Position numbers and translations under genes: made by a program. A stretch of 64,000 nucleotides of DNA, taken from the IMG/VR virus record IMGVR_UViG_2515154105_000002, positions 7,105-71,104 of that record, one strand, 5' to 3'. Shown in pieces: positions 1 through 9,173 of this stretch (the first letter of the stretch is position 1; each line of letters opens with the position of its first letter). This DNA is from a virus (Duplodnaviria; Caudoviricetes). The notes under the pieces are model-generated. The model was not told the origin of the DNA. It saw nothing but the letters and a program-made list of their open reading frames with translations, and made no database searches.

Positions 1-7
1 AGGCTCC

Positions 8-652
8 TTAGCGTCCGGGCGTGAACGCGTGCCCGCAGTCAGGGCAGGTGATCAGTCGTGCGCGGCCCTCGTCGTCGGCGCTGAGCCCGCCGTCGTCCAG
101 GCCGCCGTCACCGCCGTCGTCGGGCAGGTGCAGCACGGGGGCCTGGTCCTCGTTGATGGCGCCGGGCAGCGTCTCCGGGTCGACCTGGCGCAGCAGGTCC
201 TCCAGCTTCTCGTCGGGGATCGCGAGGGAGTCGTACAGGGCGGCATCTTCGGTGACGATGTCTTCGAGGTACGCGGCCAGGGAGCGCGGCCGCCAACCAC
301 CGTCGGCCCCAATCAAGTTGAGCTTGATGTTCAGGGCCTTCGCCTCGACGTCGCTGCGCGAGGCCCACCCGCGCTGCACGGGCACGAGCCATCCGCCGTC
401 GTGGTCCAGGAGGAGACCGGCGGGGAGCTGCTCGCCGCGGGCCTGCATCTCGATCAGGGCCTCGCGGCGGCCGTGCCCGCCCAGGATGGTGCCGGTGCGC
501 TCGTCGGCGATGGGCTGGTCCACGAAGCCGTGCGTGCGGATGCTCTCGATGATTCGCTCGACCTCGTGCTTCTTCGGATTGCCCAGGGCGGGGTTGAGGT
601 CGGTGAGCGGCACGTAGGTGGTGTAGCGGGGCGCGTGCACGGTCTCGGTCAC
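8..652 (-). CDS. ParB/Srx N-terminal-domain protein with C-terminal CxxC
   Basis: NPKKH...IESIRTHGFVDQPIADERTGTILGGHGRREA (ParB-N GHxR motif); ends TCPDCG; GTG at 652 with GGAAGGA RBS. Confidence 0.8.
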   Translation of the reverse strand: MTETVHAPRYTTYVPLTDLNPALGNPKKHEVERIIESIRTHGFVDQPIADERTGTILGGHGRREALIEMQARGEQLPAGLLLDHDGGWLVPVQRGWASRSDVEAKALNIKLNLIGADGGWRPRSLAAYLEDIVTEDAALYDSLAIPDEKLEDLLRQVDPETLPGAINEDQAPVLHLPDDGGDGGLDDGGLSADDEGRARLITCPDCGHAFTPGR

Positions 653-698
653 GGTGGTCCTTCCGGCGGCAAAGGGAGTGCCGGCGGCGGGCGTTGCC

Positions 699-767
699 TG
701 CGAGCCCGCGGACTTCAACCGCGGCGCCCCGCCTCGCAAGCGGGACATGCCGTCATGGCCGGGCCGC
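699..767 (-). ncRNA. degenerate tRNA-like cloverleaf (anticodon position GCG)
   Basis: Hand fold: CCCGC-TTGCGAG-GCGGG, CGCGG-TTGAAGT-CCGCG T-arm-like, short GCC/GGC D-arm, bulged acceptor; no CCA. Confidence 0.25.
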
Positions 768-864
768 GCCCACCACCGGGCCGGTGCTCGTCCTCGTTCC
801 GGATGGGACGCGCCCCGGGGCCCTGCCCGTACGGCGACGTCACCGAGCGAACAGGGCCACGCGG

Positions 865-894
865 AACGTAGGGGCCGCCAGGTGTTTGTGTCGC
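865..894 (-). promoter_or_regulatory. putative late promoter (ParB-like gene)
   Basis: GCGAC-ACAAA-N14-TACGTT. Confidence 0.55.
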
Positions 895-982
895 ACGGTT
901 CTTCCGTGCGCGGCCGCAGAAGACGCCAGTTGGGTTGCCCCTCGACGCACGCCGTGACGTGTGCTGTACTATTCGGCAACGG

Positions 983-1009
983 CTGGGAGAGCGACCCAGC
1001 TACCTGAGC
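983..1009 (+). promoter_or_regulatory. leader hairpin CTGGG-AGAGCGA-CCCAG followed by ACCTGA
   Basis: Same loop recurs at 5621-5648 with a compensated stem; follows a TACTAT -10-like hexamer at 966-971. Confidence 0.4.
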
Positions 1010-1125
1010 CTAGATGTAACGGATCTGATCTTCCGCCCGTACCTATGGGTGACGCCCGTTGCGCTCCGCTCAGGAAACGACCTGAAAAGCCCTGGGCAGA
1101 GCCCTCGGGTGAGAAAGGACCCACG

Positions 1126-1731
1126 ATGTCGCACGACGCCGCTGAGCAGCCCCAGCCCGACATGTCCCTGGGGGATGTCGCGCTGCTGTCGGCCTTCGCG
1201 AAGCTGTTCAAGGACCACGTGGTGCCCGCGATCGACAAGAAGATCGCCGCCGTCAAGACCCCGCTCCTCGCCGCGTACGACGACCCGGAGCGCGGCACCA
1301 AGTCCATCGACGTGAAGGTCAACGGCGTCGCCGTCGCCACGCAGACCGTCAGCGTCTCCCGAGACAAGTACGACGTCGCCGACGACGACAAGTTCAACGA
1401 GTTCGCCGAGGAGTGCGGCGAGGCCGAGGTCATCATCCAGGCCCGCCCCTCCTTCCGTGAGGCGATGATCAAGCGCGCCAAGTTCGACAAGGAGACCGGC
1501 CAGATCGTCGACAAGCTGACCGGCCAGGTCATCCCCGGCATGGTCCGTATCCCCGGCGGTAAGCCCACCGGCAGCGTCTCCTTGACCTGGAAAGACGGCG
1601 GCAAAGAAGCCGTAGTCGACGCGTACCACTCGGGTCAGCTCCACAGCCTGCTCAGCGGCGTGCCCATGCTGCCCGCCCCGCCCGGCGCCGAGCCGCATGG
1701 CGCCGAGGTCGACGAGAGCCCCGAGCAGTAG
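1126..1731 (+). CDS. phage hypothetical protein
   Basis: ATG after GAAAGGA RBS; globular, non-shadow composition. Confidence 0.75.
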   Translation: MSHDAAEQPQPDMSLGDVALLSAFAKLFKDHVVPAIDKKIAAVKTPLLAAYDDPERGTKSIDVKVNGVAVATQTVSVSRDKYDVADDDKFNEFAEECGEAEVIIQARPSFREAMIKRAKFDKETGQIVDKLTGQVIPGMVRIPGGKPTGSVSLTWKDGGKEAVVDAYHSGQLHSLLSGVPMLPAPPGAEPHGAEVDESPEQ

Positions 1732-1811
1732 CCACCCCGACGCGTCGCACCACGGCCCGGCCGCTGCACTCCACGGCGGCGCCGGGCCCCCTTCCCGAAG
1801 GACTCACGCAC

Positions 1812-2102
1812 TTGTCCACCGCCATCGCCATCAAACCGGCACTTGCCAACGGCATCTCCGATCGCGCCTTCAAAGTCTTCTGCGTCCTCGTCCTGAGCAG
1901 CGACGGCGAATGGGTCCGCGTCCAAGACGTCGCCGAAGACTGCAACCTGACCAACCACCAGGTCCGTGCGCCGCTCGCAGCGCTGCGCAAGGCCCGCATG
2001 GTCGAGTCCCGCCGCGTCTACGAGCAGGGCTCCCAGGGGCGCCCCACGTGGCACACCCACTTCCGTCTCGCCCCGGCGACGAACAGCGAGGCTGCCGCAT
2101 GA
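1812..2102 (+). CDS. small winged-HTH DNA-binding protein
   Basis: ISDRAFKVFCVL...VQDVAEDCNLTNHQVRAPLAALRKARMV; ATGA overlap with next gene. Confidence 0.7.
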   Translation: MSTAIAIKPALANGISDRAFKVFCVLVLSSDGEWVRVQDVAEDCNLTNHQVRAPLAALRKARMVESRRVYEQGSQGRPTWHTHFRLAPATNSEAAA

Positions 2103-3097
2103 CCCGCCTGAGCCGCCGTGACGGCACCCGAGTCAACCAGCGGATCTACACCGTCCCGATCGAGTCCGACACGGCCAACGACGACAAGATCAGCTACCGC
2201 GCCCTCGGCCTCCTGGTCCACATGCTCAACAAGCCCGCGGACTGGCAGATGCGGTCCGAGCAACTGTCCAAGGGTAAGAAGCGTGAGGGCCGCGACGCCG
2301 TAAGGAAGGTCCTGCACGAACTGGCGGCGGCCGGGTACTACCGGCTCGAACGCCGAAGATTCCGAGACGGCACGACCGCCATGGGCACCGCGATCAGCTT
2401 CTACCCCGTCAAGCAGTGGGCGCAGGACTACGTCACCTTCGGGCAGAAGCTCGACGTGCCCGTCGTCGAACAGGAAGACGGCACCTTCCTAGTCCGCTAC
2501 CCCGACAACACCCTCGGCTCGGACGGGTTCGCCCCCGGCCAGATGGAGGAGCAGGAGCCCGACGCCGAGCCCTCCCAGGAGGAAGCGCCGGAGCCGAAGC
2601 CGACACGGAAGACGCCGCCGGCCGCCGCCCGGTCCGCCCGCAAGAAGAAGGCCGCCGCCAACACGGACAGTGCGCCGGACGCAGCCGCCGAGGACAAGGC
2701 GACCGAGGGCGAAGCGAAGAAGAAGACGCCCGCCCAAGAGGTCGCCACCTGGTACTACGAGCACGCCACCAAGCACCTGGGCCCGTACGCGGGAGCCAAG
2801 AAGTCCGGCTGGTACTTCGGTCTCCTCAAGCTCAGCGAACAGGCCATAGAGGCCGGATACACGAAGCAGCAGATCGCCAAGGCGTTCCAGCGCACCGGTA
2901 TCCACTTCCCGACCGCGCACCAGTTCCAGCGGGCGCTGAGCGACGAGCGAAACAACAAGCCCATGCCCAGCCAGTACGGAGGACGTCCCGCCCCGTACAG
3001 CGACGCGGAGACCTGGGGCACACCCGGCCCCGGCGCCCCGCCCACGTCCACGCCCGACGCCCCCGACGACGCCGTGTTCGGCATCGACCCCGCCTAG
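2099..3097 (+). CDS. phage replication initiator (Rep, HTH N-terminus)
   Basis: DDKISYRALGLLVHMLNKPADWQ...EGRDAVRKVLHELAAAGY, typical of phage initiators; immediately upstream of a DnaC-like gene. Confidence 0.75.
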   Translation: MTRLSRRDGTRVNQRIYTVPIESDTANDDKISYRALGLLVHMLNKPADWQMRSEQLSKGKKREGRDAVRKVLHELAAAGYYRLERRRFRDGTTAMGTAISFYPVKQWAQDYVTFGQKLDVPVVEQEDGTFLVRYPDNTLGSDGFAPGQMEEQEPDAEPSQEEAPEPKPTRKTPPAAARSARKKKAAANTDSAPDAAAEDKATEGEAKKKTPAQEVATWYYEHATKHLGPYAGAKKSGWYFGLLKLSEQAIEAGYTKQQIAKAFQRTGIHFPTAHQFQRALSDERNNKPMPSQYGGRPAPYSDAETWGTPGPGAPPTSTPDAPDDAVFGIDPA

Positions 3098-3115
3098 CAC
3101 GAAGGAGAACGAGCG

Positions 3116-3913
3116 GTGAGCACCTTGGCAGCCGAGCGCATCGTTCCCGGCCGAGAGCCGAAGCAACTGTTCGAGGTCACCGACAGGTTGCTCGCCGCGC
3201 TCAAGCGGGGCGGCGCGGACCTTTCCCAGCTCGGCGTTCCCGCACCTGCGGACGACGAGGGCGTGGAACTGTGGGAGGACGTGTCCGTGCCGCAGGCCCA
3301 CGCCCGCACCCTGGCCTGGACGAACAGCATGAAGCGCGCCTCGTACGACGACTACCTGCGGTTCCGGTTCGAGCACCTCGACGACTACCAGCAGCCGCGT
3401 TCCCTGGCCGGATGGCTCGACTCCCTGGTGGAGGCGAAGCGGAAGAAGGCCCGCCCCTCGACGATGCACTTCATCATGACGGGCAACATCGGATCGGGTA
3501 AGACGACGTCGCTCGCCGCGCTGGGCAACGAGTCCGCCGAGCGCGGCCTGCTCGTGCGGCTCGTCCAGCACTCTACCTACCTGGCGTGGCGGCGCCCGGA
3601 CGGAGCGCCGGACGACCTGAGCACCGACGCGGTCCGCAGGCGTCACGTCCTGGACCCCGACCTGCTCATCGTCGACGAGCTGTGCGGCGAGATGGACGGC
3701 GTCCAGACCGAGTTCGTGCGCCGCGAGACCACCGACCTGGTCGGCTCCCGACTCGCGGCCGGACGGCCCACCGCGTTCTCCACGAACCTGCGCCGAGACG
3801 GCATCGCCGCCATTCTCGGCGAGCGGCTGCTGTCGCGGATCGAGGACCGCGCCTATCTGGCGAAGGTCGTCGGCCCCGACCGGCGCGCCCCCAAGAAGGC
3901 TCTCGACTGGTGA
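3116..3913 (+). CDS. DnaC/IstB-like AAA+ ATPase (helicase loader)
   Basis: Walker A GNIGSGKT, Walker B LLIVDEL, STNL, ERLLSRI, GPDRR. Confidence 0.85.
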   Translation: MSTLAAERIVPGREPKQLFEVTDRLLAALKRGGADLSQLGVPAPADDEGVELWEDVSVPQAHARTLAWTNSMKRASYDDYLRFRFEHLDDYQQPRSLAGWLDSLVEAKRKKARPSTMHFIMTGNIGSGKTTSLAALGNESAERGLLVRLVQHSTYLAWRRPDGAPDDLSTDAVRRRHVLDPDLLIVDELCGEMDGVQTEFVRRETTDLVGSRLAAGRPTAFSTNLRRDGIAAILGERLLSRIEDRAYLAKVVGPDRRAPKKALDW

Positions 3914-3917
3914 AAGC

Positions 3918-3951
3918 CGCCCGCCCGGCCCCGTGTTGACCGGTCGGGCGG
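3918..3951 (+). terminator. hairpin after dnaC-like gene
   Basis: CCGCCCGGCC...GGTCGGGCGG inverted repeat. Confidence 0.45.
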
Positions 3952-4053
3952 AATGCGGGGCAGCGCTGGAGGCGGAGGACCCTATATCGTTTGGGCAGCC
4001 CGAGGACCGACGAGCGTAGGCCCTCGGGGAGACCTGAACGAAAGGGACGTGTC

Positions 4054-5055
4054 TTGCCGAAGCTGCCTACCCTCCGTGCCATCACCCAGGGCGAGCGAGA
4101 GCTGCGCGATTGGCACCGCAATCTGCGTATCGGAGCCGCGGCCGCGGGCTTCGGAATGATGCTCGCCTCCCTATACCAGCTCCATTGGGCCGGAACGCTG
4201 ATCGGGTTCCCCACCTTCGCGGCCGCCGCCATGGCCGGATCCCTCGAACTGCTGTTGGCGTTCAACGCCGGGGCGGTCACCTCGATCCGCCGGCGCGGAG
4301 ACAACGGTCGTGAGGGCGGCTACTACTGGTCGCTGTGGTGCATCTTCGCGTTCCTGCTGTGCATCTCGATCGCGGCGAACGTGGGGCACTGCGTGGTCGC
4401 ACTGTCGGAGTGGTTCGCCACCGGCGGGGCACCCGAGCTGATGAACGCGCACAAGGAGTACGTGTACGTCGTCGGCGGGGCCGTCGCCGCGATGGTGCCG
4501 CTCGGCGGCAGCTTCGGCCTGCACATCTCCGGTTTCGTCCGCGCGCGCGGCGCGGGATCGGACTGGGTCGACGCAGACGGGACCGGCGCGCTGCTCGATG
4601 CGGCCGCGCCCGCTCCCGTCCAGGCCGCCGCGCCTGCGCGGAAACCCGCGCCGCAGCCGCGCCCCGCGGCCAAGGTCCCCGGGCCCGCCCCGAAGAAGGT
4701 CAGCCTCGTCAAGGCCGCGGCGAACCCTGTCCCCGTCCCCGCCGAGACTCCCCGCCCGCATCCGGCGCCGGAGGAGACCCCGCAGATTGAGCCCGTGGAG
4801 GTCGTCACCGAGGAGGAGCTGTACGCCCTCTACAAGGCGGCGAAGGATGCGGGGGAGGGGCACCGGTTCGGGCCGCGCGGCGACCTGAACGCCTCTCAGC
4901 TCGGTCGCCGTCTGGGGCAGTCGCCGCAGAACGGCCGCAAGAACGTCGGGCCGCGCTTCGAGTCCCGCTACGAGGCGGAGAAGCTGGAGGAGGGCGGCGC
5001 GGGCATCGACATCGAGGGGCTTGCAGCCAATAGCGGGGCCACTCAGGCATCCTGA
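4054..5055 (+). CDS. membrane protein, DUF2637/Spd-like, Pro-rich linker and C-terminal HTH-like region
   Basis: Four TM segments including CISIAANVGH, PA-rich linker, NASQLGRRLGQS. Confidence 0.55.
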   Translation: MPKLPTLRAITQGERELRDWHRNLRIGAAAAGFGMMLASLYQLHWAGTLIGFPTFAAAAMAGSLELLLAFNAGAVTSIRRRGDNGREGGYYWSLWCIFAFLLCISIAANVGHCVVALSEWFATGGAPELMNAHKEYVYVVGGAVAAMVPLGGSFGLHISGFVRARGAGSDWVDADGTGALLDAAAPAPVQAAAPARKPAPQPRPAAKVPGPAPKKVSLVKAAANPVPVPAETPRPHPAPEETPQIEPVEVVTEEELYALYKAAKDAGEGHRFGPRGDLNASQLGRRLGQSPQNGRKNVGPRFESRYEAEKLEEGGAGIDIEGLAANSGATQAS

Positions 5056-5132
5056 CGTTCCGCACCTGCACGGTACTCGCGGCGGGCGCTCCCATGGGGG
5101 CGCCCGCCGCAGTCACGATCGGACCCCTTTCC

Positions 5133-5546
5133 ATGACCCCCGAGAACCTGGCCCGTCTCGCTTCCGCCCGCGCGCACCGTGATCTGTCGGACCTTGCCCG
5201 GCAAGGCGTTGGCGCCATCAGCGAGACAGCCACCCCTGCGGAACGGATCGCTGCAGCCCGCCATCTGCGGGTGATGGTGAACGAGCTCGTCGACCTGGTC
5301 GTGCTCGGCGAGGCCCTGGGCGGCGCCTCGTGGGAGGAGATCAGCCAGGCGCTGAAGCGGCGCGACCCGGGCACGGTCGAGGGCGAGTACGAGGAAGCGG
5401 TGGCCGAGTGGAAGGCGGCGCCGGCATCGGCGTACGAGGGCGCCGAGGGGGACGCGCGCGACCTGGACGCCTGGTACCGGCGGCACCGCGAGGACTTCGA
5501 TCCGGCCGCCGAAAGTCCGGTGTCTGATCTGCTCCGCGAGGGTTGA
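5133..5546 (+). CDS. hypothetical protein
   Basis: GASWEEISQAL HTH-like motif; acidic C-terminus. Confidence 0.6.
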   Translation: MTPENLARLASARAHRDLSDLARQGVGAISETATPAERIAAARHLRVMVNELVDLVVLGEALGGASWEEISQALKRRDPGTVEGEYEEAVAEWKAAPASAYEGAEGDARDLDAWYRRHREDFDPAAESPVSDLLREG

Positions 5547-5665
5547 GACCAGCCCCTGACAGGCTAAGATATTACAGCGCACGTCAGGACGCGAAGCTAA
5601 GGGCCTGACAGGCGCAGCATCCGGGAGAGCGACCCGGAAGACCTGAACTGAAAGGCCCCCGTTCC

Positions 5666-7318
5666 GTGGCTGGACTCATCGCACCACAACGCACCCGAAA
5701 GAGCCGGAAGCCCACCGGCCTGCCGAACCCGCCCCTCGTCCTGATCACCGGTCAAGAGAAGGTCGGCAAGAGCTACGAAGCCGCCAAGGGCAGCGGCTCC
5801 GACCTGATCGGCAAGACGTACTGGATCGAAGTCGGCGGAAACGAGGGCACCGCCGACTACTACGGGCGTGTGCCCGGCGCCGACTACGAGATCGTCGAGC
5901 ACGACGGCTCGTACCAAGACATCCTCGACGCGATCCGCTGGGTCAACGCCCAGCCCCGCATCGACGGCAAGCCCAACATGCTCGTCATGGACTCCGTGAC
6001 GTCCGTGTGGGACATGCTCAGCGACGAAGTCGCCATGTTCGCCCGCAACCGCGCCGTCATCAAGGCGAACCGCAACCGCAGCCGGGTGCCGGCAGCCGAC
6101 GAACCGGTCGTCGTCGACCCCGACCTGTGGAACCGCGCCAAGGACAGGTGGGGCAAGGTCATGTGGCTGCTGCGCCGCCACCAGGGCCCGGTTCTGCTGC
6201 TGGCCCGCACCGAGGTGGTCACCGCGTTCGAGAACGACAAGCCGACGCGGAACACCACGCGCAAGGTGAAGGCGGAGCGCAACCTGCCCGCGGCCGTCGA
6301 CGCGATCCTCGACCTCCACGGACTCGGCGAAGCCTGGCTCACCGGGGTGCGCAGCCTCCACATGGACCTCCAGCCCGGCGAGACCCGCCGGTTCAAAGAC
6401 TTCTCCGTGGACGCGCTGCTGCGCCGCATGGGCTTGCAGGACGCCGTGGAGTCCCGCGCCATGTACGAGACGCGGCCCGACGCCACGCTGCAGGAGCCCG
6501 ACCAACCGGCCGAGCCCGCCGAGCCCACCGCCCCCGGCCTGAGCGAGCAGAAGGCGACACACCTGATCGCCGAAGCGCTCAAGCACCCCAACGACCCCGA
6601 GCAGGCCCTGCGCGAGGTGCGCGAGGAGCACGGCCGACGCACCCTCAAGGCCGTGCGCACCCAGTCGAAGTGGGGGGTGATGAGCGCCGACGCCCTGATC
6701 ACCCGGACCCTCGACTACCTCGCGAAGAAGGTCGCGGAGGCCGAAGCGAGGGAGGGCGGCGACGCCGGGACCGGCGAGCTGTCGTCCACCGAGAGCAGTG
6801 CAGGGCAGCCCGAGGGCGGGCAGGAGACGCCGGACACGCCCCGCGTGGAGGCGCCCGCCACCGCCGAGACACCCCAGGCCGATCCCGAGCCGCCGGTCGA
6901 CGAGGGGGCACCGCCGCCCCCGGACCCGCAGGCCGAGGCGACCGAGCCCGAGCCGCGGCCCGAGGACGTCAGCGAGGCCGAGCAGCCGCAGGACCTGCCC
7001 CGGCCCCGGCCCGCCCAAGCCAACAAGCTCAACAGGGTGATGGCGGTGCTGCTGACCGAGTCGGAGATCCAGTCCCGCATCCTCGGCGTGACGATGCAGG
7101 AGTTCCTGGAGCCGGTCTCCGGACCGGAGGAGGGGACACCGCCGCCGATGACGAAGCTGCGCTCGCACGTCCTGGAGCACCGGCCCATGGTGATCGGTCT
7201 GCTGGAGGATCGCGGCGAGCGGGACATCGCCAACGCGTACCGGCTCGCGGGCAAGCCGGAGCTGAAGATCGCCGACATGTTCTCGACGCTCTACAACGAC
7301 CTGACGACCGTCGGGTGA
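5666..7318 (+). CDS. AAA_24/Sak4-like P-loop ATPase (recombination-associated) with acidic C-terminal extension
   Basis: LITGQEKVGKS Walker A, LVMDSVT Walker B. Confidence 0.7.
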   Translation: MAGLIAPQRTRKSRKPTGLPNPPLVLITGQEKVGKSYEAAKGSGSDLIGKTYWIEVGGNEGTADYYGRVPGADYEIVEHDGSYQDILDAIRWVNAQPRIDGKPNMLVMDSVTSVWDMLSDEVAMFARNRAVIKANRNRSRVPAADEPVVVDPDLWNRAKDRWGKVMWLLRRHQGPVLLLARTEVVTAFENDKPTRNTTRKVKAERNLPAAVDAILDLHGLGEAWLTGVRSLHMDLQPGETRRFKDFSVDALLRRMGLQDAVESRAMYETRPDATLQEPDQPAEPAEPTAPGLSEQKATHLIAEALKHPNDPEQALREVREEHGRRTLKAVRTQSKWGVMSADALITRTLDYLAKKVAEAEAREGGDAGTGELSSTESSAGQPEGGQETPDTPRVEAPATAETPQADPEPPVDEGAPPPPDPQAEATEPEPRPEDVSEAEQPQDLPRPRPAQANKLNRVMAVLLTESEIQSRILGVTMQEFLEPVSGPEEGTPPPMTKLRSHVLEHRPMVIGLLEDRGERDIANAYRLAGKPELKIADMFSTLYNDLTTVG

Positions 7319-7334
7319 GGTGACGTGATGTGAC

Positions 7335-8060
7335 GCGCGCCCGGCGCGCCTGAACCGATCCACGGGGGCAGGAGAGGCGCGCCCCACATCACGTCACGTC
7401 ACCTCGTCGAAGCGCGCGCCTGGACGCTCCAGCCGCCGTCTGGGCGCGCGCTTCGCCGTACGTAGTGGCGCGCGCCTGCCCACCGATGGCGCGCCCTGAT
7501 CATCAGGCGCGCCACCGGGGAGCGCGCCAACCGCTACCGGCCGAGCGCGCCCGCGCCACGGCGCGCCCTCCCCGATAGCGCGCCACCGTACGGCGCGCTC
7601 CGCGCAGGCGCGCCCGGCTGGCAGGCCCGCCTTCCTCTGGGCGCGCCTACGTCGGTGGCGCGCCCGGCCGCACCGCGCGCCCACGCCATGAAGGCGCGCC
7701 ATCGGCCGGGCGCGCCCGCGCCACGGCGCGCCCTCCCCGACGGCGCGCTCACGCTCGCGGCGCGCCACACCGTCAGGCGCGCCACCCTCTGACCTGCGCA
7801 ATCGTCAGGCGCGCCACTCGTCGGCGCGCCTGCAGCCCGGCCGCGCGCCACCTGAAGCGCGCCCAACGAAGCGCGCCGACGAGGAGCGCGCCCCGGCAAG
7901 CGCGCCACCCAGGGCATGCCCTGAGCAAGGCGCACCGACGTGGCGCGCCCTGGTGGCGCGGGCGCGCCCGGGCATGAAGAAGGGCGCGCCCGTCGCGGGC
8001 GCGCCCTGGGAAGGCTGGTTGCGGCGTCAGCTCGCCGGGCGCGCCTGGGCGCGGCGCGCC
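7335..8060. repeat. dense array of GCGCGC/GGCGCGCC palindromes
   Basis: About 35 GCGCGC sites by hand count in ~730 bp between convergent genes; also a ~30-bp direct repeat (7544-7575/7708-7740) and an inverted repeat 7317-7332/7385-7405. Confidence 0.9.
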
Positions 8061-8851
8061 TGCCGCTTCTGCCGGCGGACCTCCTCGCGCGCCTCGGCCG
8101 CGTTCTCGCGCACCGCGTTGCGCAACTGGGAGAACTCCTCGGGGTACTTCTCGGCGAGCAGGTTCATCGCCTGCAGCCGGTAGTTCGGGGCGGTCGGCAT
8201 CCGGCCCCAGCGCGCCGTCATGTAGTTCAGCGTGTACTGCAGGAACCGCAGCTCGGCCTCCAGCCGGGACTGGAGCTGCGAGACGCGCGCCTCGTACGCC
8301 TTGCGGGACTCGCCCTCGGTCTGCGGAAGGAATCGACTGGTGGCGCGCATCATCCGTACGGCCAGCGTTTGGGTGCGCGCCGCGACCTGCGGCGAGCGGA
8401 ACGCGAGGCCCTGCACGTAGTTGTGCCCGGCACGCACACTGGCGCCCGCGGCCTGCTGCACGAACGCCAGCCACTCCTCGGTGAACGCCTCGTTGTCGAG
8501 CTGCGCCAGGAACTCGGCCTCGTCGACGGCCAAGTCCTCGATCGCGGCGACGACCGGTACGCGCGCGGCCTGGAGCTGCTCCCGGAAGGCACTCATGCGG
8601 GCCTGATACTCGCGCTTCGATTCGCCGTCCCGGCGGGGCAGTGCGGTCTTGAGTTCCCGGCCTGCACGGTCAGCGGCCAGGAGCGTGCGTCCCGCCACGT
8701 CCGGAGAGCTGAACGCTGCTGCCCGCACCTCGTTGACGCCGCCGTCCTGGACGTGCGCGATCCACGCCTCGTAGAACGCCTGGTGCGTCATGTCGGTGAG
8801 GCGCTTGGCCTCTGCCGTGACCTGCTCGGCAGGCGGCTGCGCGTCGGCCAT
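8027..8851 (-). CDS. hypothetical helical protein with internal duplication
   Basis: Two repeats AF.E.W...VQ...AF.SP.VA.RT...LP...GES...Y.AR. Confidence 0.75.
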   Translation of the reverse strand: MADAQPPAEQVTAEAKRLTDMTHQAFYEAWIAHVQDGGVNEVRAAAFSSPDVAGRTLLAADRAGRELKTALPRRDGESKREYQARMSAFREQLQAARVPVVAAIEDLAVDEAEFLAQLDNEAFTEEWLAFVQQAAGASVRAGHNYVQGLAFRSPQVAARTQTLAVRMMRATSRFLPQTEGESRKAYEARVSQLQSRLEAELRFLQYTLNYMTARWGRMPTAPNYRLQAMNLLAEKYPEEFSQLRNAVRENAAEAREEVRRQKRQARRAQARPAS

Positions 8852-8919
8852 CCCCGGGTTCCTCCTGGTCTTCGCGGCCCGCTGGTCTCGAGCCGTGCCG
8901 CGCGGAGCGGCGACGTGTA

Positions 8920-9127
8920 AACGGTGGCCGCTTCGCGACCGAACTCACCCCGTGTGCTGGGTCATAGCAGGAGCGACCGCTCTCCAGCCCTGGGCGCTCT
9001 GCACGCGCGCAGTGGTCTCGGACTCTTTGTCACCACCGGAGTGACCTGGGACGAAAAGGATTAACACCCCATGAGTTCCGGCAGCTGCCCTCAACGCAGT
9101 GAGTTCGGCGGCGAAACGGCCACCGCT
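8920..9127. ncRNA. candidate structured RNA or cis element closed by a ~29-bp imperfect inverted repeat
   Basis: CGGTGGCCGCTTCGCGACCGAACTCAC (8922-8948) pairs with GTGAGTTCGGCGGCGAAACGGCCACCG (9099-9125). Confidence 0.35.
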
Positions 9128-9173
9128 GCGGATGATACCCGCCGGCCCGCGGCGGGCCTCCGCCCTGGTGCGG

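Noticed and set aside
653-979. N-terminal extension of the ParB-like ORF
   Set aside because: Low-complexity translation that overlaps the promoter motif; better RBS and GTG at 652
2099-3097. Lambda-style iterons inside the rep gene
   Set aside because: No convincing repeated motif or AT-rich unwinding tract seen by eye
7335-8060. CRISPR array or coding repeat
   Set aside because: Repeat is only 6-8 bp with irregular short spacers, no cas genes are present, and the ORFs are Arg/Ala/Gly-rich noise
8920-9127. Retron msr/msd or hammerhead ribozyme
   Set aside because: No reverse transcriptase in the window and no CUGANGA core found
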